The notes beneath the pieces are model-generated. The model searched no databases, had not been told where the DNA came from, and was given only the letters and a program-made list of their open reading frames with translations. Shown here piece after piece: positions 39,701-51,424 of a stretch of 64,000 bases of DNA (the first letter of the stretch is position 1; every line of letters begins with the position of its first letter). The stretch is taken from positions 496,001 to 560,000 of the forward strand of contig CAJFCJ010000024.1 of the NCBI GenBank assembly GCA_904063045.1. Direction: 5' to 3'. The translations under genes and the position numbers were made by a program. This DNA comes from Dimorphilus gyrociliatus (lineage: Eukaryota > Animalia > Annelida).

Positions 39701-40090
39701 AAAAATTAGTTGTTGATCTAAAATAGACAGTTATGAATCAGAATGTAATTGATGAATACCTAAAATACTAATTCAATTTCTTTAATTAATAATGAGCACG
39801 AACAATTTGAGTATCACGTTTTTATAAAACAATTAATAATCTGAAAATATAAAAAGGATAAGAATTTAATTATAAAGCGGAAGTAGTTTCCAAAAAAAAA
39901 ACAGTTTGATAGCTTTTAGAAAGATACATAAGATTTAAATATAAATGCATATATACTGTATATACACACAGCATGTACATTGAAAATATAGCATATTATT
40001 TTATGGTATACGTAAATATATATATATATTTATGAATATATATATACATATACATAGAAAGTCCTTTAGAGAATTTATGAAAGAGTATTG

Positions 40091-41146
40091 TTATCCCACA
40101 GTTTTAGACATTATTGGATAGGATACTAGTGTTGAATTTAAGGACGTACTGAGACTCAGAGGTTGAGCTGTTGGAGGTGGGGCGGCAATAGCTGTGGGTC
40201 CCGTATCCAGGTGCTGAAAGATGGGCGGAGCCTGGCTAAGAGTTGGTCTTGCGCCTGCTGGTACTACCAAGTCACTCTTGGCGCTTAAAATAGGTGGGCC
40301 GGCGGCTAGCAAGGGAGGTTGGGCTGCTGGGGCTTGTAATATTGAAGGTGCAGGCGTCACTGTTGGTGTTAAAACGTGACTAACGCTAACAACTGGCGGT
40401 TGGAGGGTACGAGTTTTGCAGGAAATGAGTCCAGCATTCCTATACCTTGCATTTTGATCTAACAAAACTTCATTAGCAGCGGCTAAATCGGATACCTGCT
40501 TCTTAAGTTCTGCTATTTTACTTCGGAGTATGAGATTTTCTTCCTCTAAGCATGGTCGAAAATCAACTGTTGTTTCAATTCTTCTCCTTTTTATAGCAAT
40601 ACTGAAATCATCTTCAGGTTGGCCCAACAAACCTGTTGAAACAAATTGATTCGGTACTGTCGAAGCTGTTAACGGTTGAACGCTTTGATTGATTTGTTTG
40701 CCGCTAGTTAGTTCGGCCTCATATTCAGCAGGAGCTAAATGTCTAAATTTACATCTTGCCCCCCTGTGGCATTCTCCTTTTAAATAGTCTTTGCAAACTG
40801 GGGGAGCTCCTCCGGGTGTAACGGGCGGTATAGCCGCCGAAGAAGCGGCATGGGCGGGTAATTTTCCAGTTTGTCGAAAAGTTTCTTCTTCTTCCCGACT
40901 ACAGTGGAGAAATCTGCAGGGCGTTCTTTTGCAACTACCCGTATTTTGGAAGTCATGACAGAATTGTATATCCTGACTAACTCGCTTACCGAGTTCAACT
41001 ATAGCATCTAGTCCTTCTGGATGTCTGAATTTACATTTTGCACCTCGCCGACAAACATTCCGTAGAAAATCCCGGCAAACGTCGTCAGTTTGATTTGAAT
41101 CGTCTGGTGGTGAAGAAGAGCCGTCCGACTGATCTAAACCTGACAT
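40091..41146 (-). CDS. ZC3H10: CCCH zinc-finger protein ZC3H10, single coding exon, 351 aa
   Basis: Three CCCH fingers (DVCRDFLRNVCRRGAKCKFRH; FCHDFQNTGSCKRTPCRFLH; VCKDYLKGECHRGARCKFRH), coiled coil LEEENLILR..ELKKQVSDL..ANEVLLDQNA, Pro-rich tail. A 5'UTR intron acceptor (TTTACAG) lies 6 nt before the ATG. Confidence 0.93.
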   Translation of the reverse strand: MSGLDQSDGSSSPPDDSNQTDDVCRDFLRNVCRRGAKCKFRHPEGLDAIVELGKRVSQDIQFCHDFQNTGSCKRTPCRFLHCSREEEETFRQTGKLPAHAASSAAIPPVTPGGAPPVCKDYLKGECHRGARCKFRHLAPAEYEAELTSGKQINQSVQPLTASTVPNQFVSTGLLGQPEDDFSIAIKRRRIETTVDFRPCLEEENLILRSKIAELKKQVSDLAAANEVLLDQNARYRNAGLISCKTRTLQPPVVSVSHVLTPTVTPAPSILQAPAAQPPLLAAGPPILSAKSDLVVPAGARPTLSQAPPIFQHLDTGPTAIAAPPPTAQPLSLSTSLNSTLVSYPIMSKTVG

Positions 41147-42499
41147 TCCTGTCTGTAAATAAATAAATAAATAAATAAATATATATTTATATATCTATTA
41201 GGCAAATATGAAATGGAAAAGGTTACAAGAAATTGAAGAAAAAAATCTCCGCAAAAAAAAATGGCTATTGATGTTTTTATCAATCTATGATAAATGAGAG
41301 ACGTATTTTAAATTGACAAATTTTTAATCCAAAGTAAAAGCTTTAGCTTTTACATCTATTTACATTCTTCAGATATGGAGGAGTTTATTCGAATTTCAAA
41401 ATGACTGATTTACACGATCCGCTGCCACACCCTCCTAGGTTTTTTTTCATTCGCTCTGAACACGTATCCGTGAATAGATGTAAATATAAAGTGTACAATG
41501 CGAACATACGTTTCTAACAGTTTATAAAATTTAACAAATGTAACAGCTACAGAAAAATTTTTTCCCTTTGTAATAAATTCTCTGTTCCCTTTGTTTTTAT
41601 TATAATTCAATAAATTTACAAAATAGCTAAATCACTCTTACCTTTTCATTAAAGACTTTAATGGAATAAAACAAAGGGAATGATTGGAAAACATTTTAAA
41701 CTGATAGCCTTTTTCATCATTATTTCCCACTTAAAAGCATGAAATTACTATGTATATATGTATATGATATGGCAAATTAATAATTTTACTCAAGTATTTG
41801 TTTTCTGTACAATATATAGAATTATACATTCCATATTTTCTGATTACACGTAGTTATTGTTATTGCTTTTCTTAATAATAGTTAGTTTGGTATTAAAAGC
41901 AATCACGAAGTTTAACAAAATAGAACAGAATGAATACCTTTAACTACTTTCTAATACAAACTTTTATGAAACAAGTCTAATGATTAATTAAAGATAAAGG
42001 AAAATGATCTTTGCAGTAACGTGAGGAAGAATACTCTAAAAACAACGATTATAGTTGGATAGATATAAAGCAAACATATACGTACAAAAGCAGAATAAAA
42101 AGCTTACGTACTGTAATAACATTTGACGTTCGTATAGGGTAAATATATATTAAAAAACAAGAATTGTGTGTGTATATACTTGTTTCAAACACGTCCTTAG
42201 AAAATACTTTAGATTAAGTTAATGTATTCATAATAGCTGTTTTGAATTATTTAAAAAATTTCAAGTATATGATAAAGAAAAACCTAATCCACTCTGGTAG
42301 GTAAATATATAAATTTGTAGTAAATCTTCCAAAAAAGAAGGTTGACAATGTACACAAAAACGTTTAGCATATCAATTTTATACTCTTACTCTTACTTTCT
42401 ATAGCTATACAAGCTTAAGGTTTTAAATACATACCTGAATGTATTTTGAATAATCCGCTCTCACCGATAAAAGACTGTCAATTGGTTTATAAAATAAAA

Positions 42500-42780
42500 T
42501 TTGACCATAAGGCCAATTGAACGCAGACAGTTTCATGCCCGACGTTTATCTGTCGCGCTTTTCAGATTCCGTCATGACAAACGCCACCTGGCGTTCAATG
42601 TATGGGACGCCGCGAGGCGTTTCTATCAAAAAAAAAAGGGGAAGAGAAAACGTTTCATGATTTGAAATAGGCCTAATTTTCCAGTTACATCCCCTCGGCT
42701 TTCCTACCCACGCTGTAAAGAGCGTTTGTTCTCTAGAGATTCGTAGGAGGGTTTTGAGTTAGGCGGCTAACGAGGATTCA
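42500..42780. promoter_or_regulatory. GC/CpG-enriched island with CTCF-like motif; probable ZC3H10 promoter
   Basis: Local GC and CpG rise; ACGCCACCTGGCGT (42581-42594); TAGGCCTA (42668-42675); second CTCF-like CCGCCAGATGTCG at ~43143. About 1.4 kb upstream of the ZC3H10 ATG. Confidence 0.45.
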
Positions 42781-44654
42781 TGGTAATTATAACACTGATA
42801 AAATAGGACAAAGATAAGGGAACAAATTCCTAAAGCATTTAATCTAAATAAAGGAAATCGGCACATATTGATTGTGATATTCTTACTGATTTTAATTCAA
42901 TATTTGTACAATTAAAAATACACTGCAAACATATCTAGTGTGAACAGAGAAAAAGAAGGTCATATTCAATAGACAACAATCCTTGGAGCTGTTTACATAT
43001 ATTATATTATTATATATAGTATTTATGCATACATATAGTATAATTATTCTTTTACATATAATGATCTAATTTTATTGCACATACTTTATTTACATCGGAA
43101 AAAAGCAACGTACATGTTTACTTTGCGTAAACGTTACTATTACCGCCAGATGTCGTTTAGGTGGAAAATTAAGCCGAGGAAAAGTATAAAACTAAACACT
43201 TTCGCTTAACTATTTATAAATAGTCATCAGTTAGAGATATAAGTAATACATTCATATTTAAGTAGTTTATTAACTTTAGTTAATATATTACGTGACTAAT
43301 TATACACGTATATAATGATAGGTTGAAAATAGTAAAATGGAAAATATAGCTATTTTTATCAAATATAGGAAAAGAAACTATAAGCATAATGCTGCTACAA
43401 ATAGATAAAAGGAAAATACGGATATAGCTTCTTTCAGTACCTTTTTTTATAAATTGGTTACGTAACAAAGAATTTCGGAACCATATATAAATTGTATTGA
43501 AAAGGGCAGATATTTCTGATGCATAATCTCCTTCGGCAAGGTCATTCTTTATCTAACCTTAATTACGATATATGAATCGGATTCAACTAATCTACATTGA
43601 AAAAGACACAAGAAAAACCTTTTGAAAGTAGGCTAATGACTAACGTTCTTGAAAAGGTGATAAAAAAGAAATTAAAAGTTAGGCAAGGAGAGGAGCGGTG
43701 AGGGGAAACAGAAGAGAAGTTTATCTCAATCTTTCTTTTATTGTTACATTAATCTTCTCTCTTTTTTACTATACAACAAATGGACAATGTAAACACTGTT
43801 TGTTCATCCTCTCCTTTCAAACTATTCAGAGAATGCAGAAAATAAATGATTAAAATATAGAAATACAGTAAATACCTTTGTTGATTTTTTCTCTTATATA
43901 TATGATGTTATATAGTAATTGAATATGTAGCTTACTTTTTATCTATTTAAAGTACTAAAATAAGTTTTAGTACCTTTTAACGAAAACTCGAAAATCTATT
44001 TAACTTATTTTATATGGTTAGGGTAAAAATTGATGAAAGATTTAGTTGTTTATCTTAAAGAATAAAGAAAATATATCATTGCTTTTAGACAGTAAAAAAA
44101 TATCAGTTGCAATTTTAAAACCGAAAGTAAGGTAATAAATAAACTTTTTCGGGTAAATATACTATCTCGGTCAGTAAATGTTATTGGCATTTTACCCTTG
44201 CAGAGTCGATTGTGGCTCCATCAAACGTATTTTTCATTGAACGTTTGATTATATTTATTAAAAAGTAATTCTTTATTTTGGTATAGATTTATATCCAACA
44301 TTTATTTTGATAATAAACTAATACATTTAGTTGAAACGATAAATAATAATTTAGTTTACTTAAATCGGCGTTTCTCTCTTCTTTTCTATGTCTATATTTA
44401 GAGAAAAGAACAGATTCACTGTGGTTGTTATCGACCAAATGGATCAATTAATGCGATTTCCGATAGACAAAATATTCGTGAGAATTAAAACACATTTTTT
44501 TTATATTAAGGACAAAAAAAACGTCTCTAATATAGTAGATCTGCTACGGGCGTCTCTTTAATGTCAACGATATGTAATGTCACAAGGTCTTTTAAAATAA
44601 AAGTCGGTGCTAAAGTCTACCGGCATAATAATTAATTGATAAGTGTAAGCGAAA

Positions 44655-44910
44655 GATCACTAGGTGGCGCCAGCCTTTTAATTAGTATAATTCTCACCAC
44701 GCTCCGATTCCGGTCGGTTTTCGTGATTGCAAGGCAGAAGATGGTCAGGTGGTAAAGTTGTTTACGGTCACGTGATTTACTCTAGATGATTGAACGGGGA
44801 CTTTCCGGTTGGGATATACAAATGTAATTCGTGATACACATAAGCATAATATTGGCATTTCATTAACAAGCATACGTAAATTATATTTTACCCGGTCATT
44901 TCGATGACCT
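44655..44910. promoter_or_regulatory. Dense cis-regulatory cluster (CTCF, FOX, E-box, NF-kB, ETS)
   Basis: GATCACTAGGTGGCGCCA 44655-44672; TGTTTAC 44759-44765; GTCACGTGAT 44767-44776; GGGGACTTTCC 44796-44806 overlapping TTCCGG. Confidence 0.5.
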
Positions 44911-47099
44911 TTCGGCGATTGTAGCATTTCAACCTTTAGAAAGCCGAGTTGACTACATAATATCTAGTAAAATCCATCTTGTTTTCATCAATGAAGTAGA
45001 ATTAACCGGAGAGTTTAATGAAACAAATTGGAAAAATCATCAATAACATAAAGTTAATTTTACGTTTTAAAATAAGGGGAGAATTTTTAAGTAGATTACC
45101 AAAAGCTTTATCTCTACAATCCTGGACCAAAGATGATTAAAGACATTTATCAGAAAAAGAGCTTAAAATCGACTTTTCGCAACTAACTCATTTTCCCGTT
45201 CTCCGCCCCTTTTCCCCATCTGAAAAGAGTAATCTCTCTTCCTTCGAGATACTAGGCCTCTATAAGAAGCAGTCAATTATTAATAATACACTTGAAAAAG
45301 CTGCTATATGAGTTGGACATAGCATGTTATTTTGGCTTTTCTTCGCCAGTTCTTACCTCATTATAATTATCTTTCACTTTGTAGAGAAATATCTAGTTCA
45401 ATCATATCATTAATCGATTAACTATTTGTGGTATTAACTACAATTGATTAGTTTATAAATAATTGTTACAGAATAATGATAAATTATAAAAATTATAGGA
45501 AAAACTGGAAGACGATTGATCTAATTTTTGTTATCCCAAATATTGAATCTCACTTCAAAATAATGATCAAACTAAAAATTGCTAATTAGTAATTTAATAT
45601 CTAAACAATAATAAAAGAGATAGTGATAAAGTGAATGGTTGGCAACAAACCAATTGACATAAGTTTAAATAGTAACATAAAACTGGAGTATAGCAGCTTA
45701 TGATCAACTAATTATCTAAGGTATACATCAAAGTCGGTTTTGCTTTACAAGACTGTAAATTAGAATCTAATTGACTAAACTTGTAAAGCTTAACGGCACG
45801 ATACAGATGAAGTAGAGATGAAGAGCTGAAAGGAAATGTTTCTCTCTCTCTTTACTTTCTAGTTTTTAATTTTCATTTGAATAAAACTCTTAAATCTTTT
45901 TCTTTACAGTTGATTAATTACTACTTTTCTAGATAGTTCCCAACCATCTTTTTTCACTATTCATTTCTATACTTAAGCTTAGCTTTTCATTTATGGAGAG
46001 AATTGGATAAAAAAACTAGTAGGAAGCATCATAAAATCACTCAATAGGTTTAATTAACCCAACAAAATGATACATTAAATGGAGGCGAATCCAAATTATT
46101 CAAATTATCGTACAGTATACTAAATGGTGAATTGATGAGAAAGCATTCTTTATACTGTACAAAAATTAGATACAATATACCATATACAGGTATACAGTGT
46201 ATATGTTTATCTGTATTTATATAAGTATACCTATATAAATAATCTTTAGAAAGTGATAAAAAGGTATATTTATACATAATCAAAAAATATATAATTGATT
46301 CTATTGATTATTGAGTCATTGTTAAAATAATACTGATTCATTACATTCTCATTATTCCAAAAGGGTATATTCCATTTATTGCACAATTACTTCATTAATT
46401 ATTTATGATTAATTAATTTTTACCTCTATTTGAGGAACAAGCTTCAAATCGTCTAAGAATAATTAAAAACTGTTGCTCTTTCTCGTTCGTTCTTATTCTC
46501 TTTCTCTTTCCTCTCTCTTACTTTCGTCCTTTTTCATTTCTTTCTTTTATTTTCTCCCCATCCGACCCCCTTCCCCCACCCTTTTGATAATCGTAGGTTA
46601 GATACATATAACAAACTTTTTTAATTGTGGTTTTTTCAAAAACAATAATAATTAATATGAATATTTAATATTCATAATTAATATTTATGGATTATTTTTT
46701 TACACGCTGAGTCATCGAGTTAAATGGATTCTAAATGTATAATATTTATGTATTATATACTTTATATATATATATATATAATTTCATTGCATTTTTCATT
46801 GGTATACTTGAAACGAACTGTATCTTTTTTTATTGCATATCCTTAACATATCTATTAAGTTATGTAAAAAGATTTGCAATATTCTATGAAAATTCTATGA
46901 AAATTCTCTTTTTAGTTGAAAATTGTAGCTTGTAAATCGCATCTAGAACCGTTTTTAACGATACTCTAGCAATCAATAAAACTGTTAGTTATTTTTTTTT
47001 ATCTGTGGGAAAGTGCTTGGATGGAAGGAACTTGAAAAACCACAAACCCTAAAAGCATATACAGCTTGCTATAATCAAGATTAATGACATCCGCTGTTT

Positions 47100-47399
47100 T
47101 GACCTTCGACCCTATTTAATTCGTTTCACTTATGGTAAAGCCTCGTACAGAGAGAAATAAATACCCTGAAAAATTTCCCTTGCTAAGCCTAACCTTGTGG
47201 TCGTATCTTACAAGAGCTGAAAGATACTGATTGATCGGGCCGACAGGAACGTTACGAGAGGCAATTTATCACAGCTCGGGCGACTGTATTATTCCAGTGT
47301 AAATTAGCGCTTTGCCCAGCTGAAAAAAATTCTTTGAAAGAGAAGAAATGTAAGAAGAGATGTCCCTCAAATAATTGTAGCCAAGGTCATGAAGGGTCA
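47100..47399. promoter_or_regulatory. Putative nuclear-receptor response elements (DR1 and DR4)
   Basis: TGACCT-T-CGACCC 47100-47112 (DR1 on minus strand, one mismatch); AGGTCA-TGAA-GGGTCA 47384-47399 (DR4). Confidence 0.35.
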
Positions 47400-50300
47400 C
47401 TATACCCCATGATCATCGAGTTATCACAGTATCTGGTACTCATCAAGGAAGAGAAAAAAATTCACTTCACTTAGAAGCAAGAAACATTTATGTATCTCCC
47501 TTATAAAATAATCACAATTTCTTTACCCCAATTTCAGTTTCACCCGTAGAGAAATTCTTAATTATAACTATTTTGTAATGAATGAGATTTTGGGTAATAG
47601 TCATCTGTAGTCTGGGACTAAGAGGGAATTTCTTTGAATAGGTGTTAATTTGTGTGGGAGAGGAAACGTTTCTATTCCAAATGCTACCCTAATAAATCAA
47701 ATAAATGAGTGTAAAAGCTTCCCTTAATAATTGTAATCCACGGTAAATTTATCGAGAAGCATTTTTCCTAGAAATACCGGTATGTGGTGCTATTTCAAAT
47801 ATTTTCTTGTTGAGAGGCAAACAAGACATTTGCAGTAAATACCATTATTTAATATATAGATATTTTACATATTTTAATCTTTATTATCAATAGAAACCGG
47901 AAATGTATAATGGCTACTATTTCCAGATGTTTATTATCAATTGCAACTTTCAAAGGTCATCTGTTTAATAACAAACATAGAAATGACTAGAACAAAGGTT
48001 TGGGCTCTGTCAAACTTAATTTAAGACATGAAAAATATGTATGTGATTATTTATGGTCAATTTCTAAGTTTTTCAACTAAACATTCAATAAAACCAGTTA
48101 AATACGTTGAAAATGTTAAGATTTTCAACAGAATATAAAGTAGAAAGTGTTTTAAGAAAAAAGAAAACGAGGCTAATAAAGTTGATTGGCAAAGATAAAT
48201 GAGTCAATCACGTTCCAGGACAATCATACAACCGAAATTTCGAGGTCACTGGAGAAATAGGGAAACGATAAAGACCTTTATACTACGTCATCTATATTTA
48301 TATAAAATATACTGTATATATTTTGATTTTCTCTATTTGTACAGTCTAGATATGCTGTATATAACGATTCAATTACGGTAAATGAACTCTTCGGTTCATC
48401 ATTGTTTTTTAAAAAAATTATGTTTATACTGATACAAATAACTGTTTAAGGTATTGCCATAAAATATTCGTTTTCAATTAGGAAACGGAGGAAGGAAAAG
48501 AAGGGAAAAGTTCAATGTTTTTCTATTTAAATAAAAAAAGAACTGGTAGAAGACTTTTGGGAGTAAAAAGATAAATTTATTGATGATTTTAAAATAGCTT
48601 ATAGAGTAGTCTGAGCAATACAAGTAAAAAATCTTGATAATTCAATGCTGGTTGATTTTAATGGCTCTTCATTTATAATTTATATTTTCACAGTTCTTTT
48701 TTTTTTAGAAAAAAAAGACACGAAATAAATATTGGATGCAGAAAGGACAATATATCATTTACATTCCCTTTCGCACTTACACTCTATCTTCTTTCTCTTT
48801 CTCAGATATATACGTTTATATATAGTACTATGTGACGGAGAGTCGAAATTATTGTGCAATGTGTTTTTGGAAATACTGAATGGATTCTATTTTTTATGTC
48901 AATATATCTTTAATTTTCAGTTTATCACTCCTACGTTAATCTAAAACATATGGATAAACAGTAAAAAACATTGCTAACATTACAAATTTAGAAGTTTTTC
49001 CAAGAATTAGATCATCTATCATTATTATTAGGTTTGTAAATGTTTTCTTGCTTTAAACTATAACAGTATAAATCAAAATACTAGATTTTTCTTCAGCACA
49101 GCTAATATTAACAAATACTAGTAATTGACAGCAAAAAAAGTTAAACTCTACTATATAAAAGGCAATAACTATATTAGTATATCAATCTTTATAGCGGTTT
49201 GTTTACTTTATATGATTCTAACAAGGTATTTCTCATAGGAATAGTTTTCTAAAAGGGGTGGAATATTAGAAGTTTATTTAGAGATAAATCTGCGGTTTTT
49301 TCTATTTATTTAAATCCGAATGAAAACATGATTGGCAGAGAGAATGAGAAATGTTTAGATCTTCTGTATTATTCAACATGACTGGAATGTCAATAATTTT
49401 CAGCTTTCTTATTGGTAATCTATAGTACTTGCTTGCGCTTTTGACATGCACTTAACGATTTGTTTATACAAGTCTGAATAGCACTTTTGTCGTAAAAACA
49501 TAAAGTCAGACCAAGTTGATTTTGCTCTCAAAGAAAATTCCTTTTTATTTTCATGGTTAATAATAAATTAATGTTTCGTTAATTCTTTTACAATTTATCA
49601 ACTTAGCAGCTGTATAAAAAGAAACTATAGAGTCTATCTCTAACTTTTTGTATTATTCTTCCCATCTCTCTCTCTCTCTTTTTCTCTCTCTGTTCCTCAT
49701 TTCGTCTATTGTTTTATTCTTCTTCCTTTATTGCGTCACCTTCCAACTTTCTATTTATTCTTCTTTTGTATTTATATTTCAAGTTATCTTGTCTAGCTGT
49801 CAGATAAAAGTCAGTGGACATGTATACTTTTAGACAGAAGGACAAGGGCATAGGATGTGCTCTGAAAACCTTCTATCTGCAGTTTCCCAGGAGAGATACA
49901 GATAAAAATAAGCACCTCTGCCTCACTGATGAATATGCAATAATCGAATGGGAGATACTTCAAAGGGAAGATAAATGTCTTTCATCTATAAGTAAATTAC
50001 ATAAATATAGACATATACGGGCATATGTAAACTATAAAAGTCATAAATATTTATGATCTTCTAAGATTAATAAATATAATTAGACGCTTGAAAACAATTC
50101 CTTGAAATTTAATAGGATGGATTGAAGACAAAGTTTAGTTGAAAAATGAAGACAGCAAATGATCCGTAGAGGAAATTGGCAAATCCTAAATCCATGACAT
50201 TAGGAAGTCTTATTGAAAAGCAAGAAGATTTTATCAGGGAAAATCCTTTTCTGTATTATTTATCTGATCTCTAGATCGTCTATAAAGAATAAAGAAAGTG

Positions 50301-51100
50301 AAACTTTTCCGGTGAATTATTCAATTTAGAATTGCTTGCTCAGAGAGGAAACTGGTTGAATTACAATGGAGCTGAACAAGTAACCTCAATTTATGGTAAT
50401 GGAATGAAAATTGAAGAGTTTCTTTGTCATTGATTGAAGACTTAGTTCTCTCAGATATAAGTGAATGCTTTAGACTTACTTACACATAGATATATATATA
50501 TATATATAGACACCAATAGCTGTTGATAATATTTGAAAAAAAAAACATATATATCAGACAAATTTGATTTATCTAGCTTGGTGAACTTTTTTGCAGTTGA
50601 AAATAAACGTTTTAAGATAGTAACAAATGATTTATACCTCGTTTTCATAATGTAAATTGTTTTTCTGCTAGGCCTAATATTTCTCTCCTTGAAAGCAACA
50701 CTAATGAGACTAAAGAGTTAGAGAGAAAGAACGGAAAAAATTTTGTAGCAAGAATGAAGAAATCAATAGGAAATAGCAAGTGTGTTCCATTTCTCTCTTA
50801 TACGCATATATTGTATATCGACAAAGCGTCTTCTATTCTGTAATCGGATCACGTGATATTCAAATGACCTCTAAAGAACTATTGGGAATGATTTCTCCCA
50901 TTCCAATTGTTACGCACCGTAACATAAATCTCATTTCGATCTCTTGAAAATGGCTCAAATGAAAAATAAACTAAAAACGTTCTAACTCTATAAAAGAGGA
51001 AAAAAGCGGTAACGAAATAAATTATATAAGCGTCAGAAAAAATGTGCCACTCATCTCTTTCAGCAACTTCAAAGACACTTTCCAACTTTAGTGGAACGTG

Positions 51101-51424
51101 ACTTACCCTCCGGCTTTTATTTAGTTAGTTCGCTTCTGTATAGTACGGAATTGCAGATCGTTAAAGAACGTTTTACCATTCCCGGATAAATGACATAATG
51201 AATGAAAGATAGAATGAATGAACAAGTGAATGAAAACAAAGTGACATATAAAAACCGATATATTTTTACTCTATTCTCTTAACTGGCCCTATCTAGTACC
51301 GTGTTTGAACTTTTAGGCCTAAAATAATATAGTAATATTTATTTCCTATTAAAAAGCTGATGAAAAAATCGTTACCTATTGAACGCAACAAAATTTTTAT
51401 GGGCTTTTATTGCTCACTTCCGGT
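51101..51424 (-). promoter_or_regulatory. Putative promoter and non-coding first exon
   Basis: ETS site CACTTCCGGT 51415-51424; TAGGCCTA 51314-51321; consensus minus-strand donor G|GTAAGT at 51106; no ORF in the exon. Confidence 0.33.

Noticed and set aside
45002-45190. LTGEFNETNWKN resembling the LINE endonuclease GDFN motif
   Set aside because: One short motif with stops on both sides; too weak to call without a profile search.
47218-47442. TGAAAGA and two TATCACAG resembling miR-71/miR-2 cluster seeds
   Set aside because: Similarity stops after the seed and there are no hairpins; better read as GATA-type sites.
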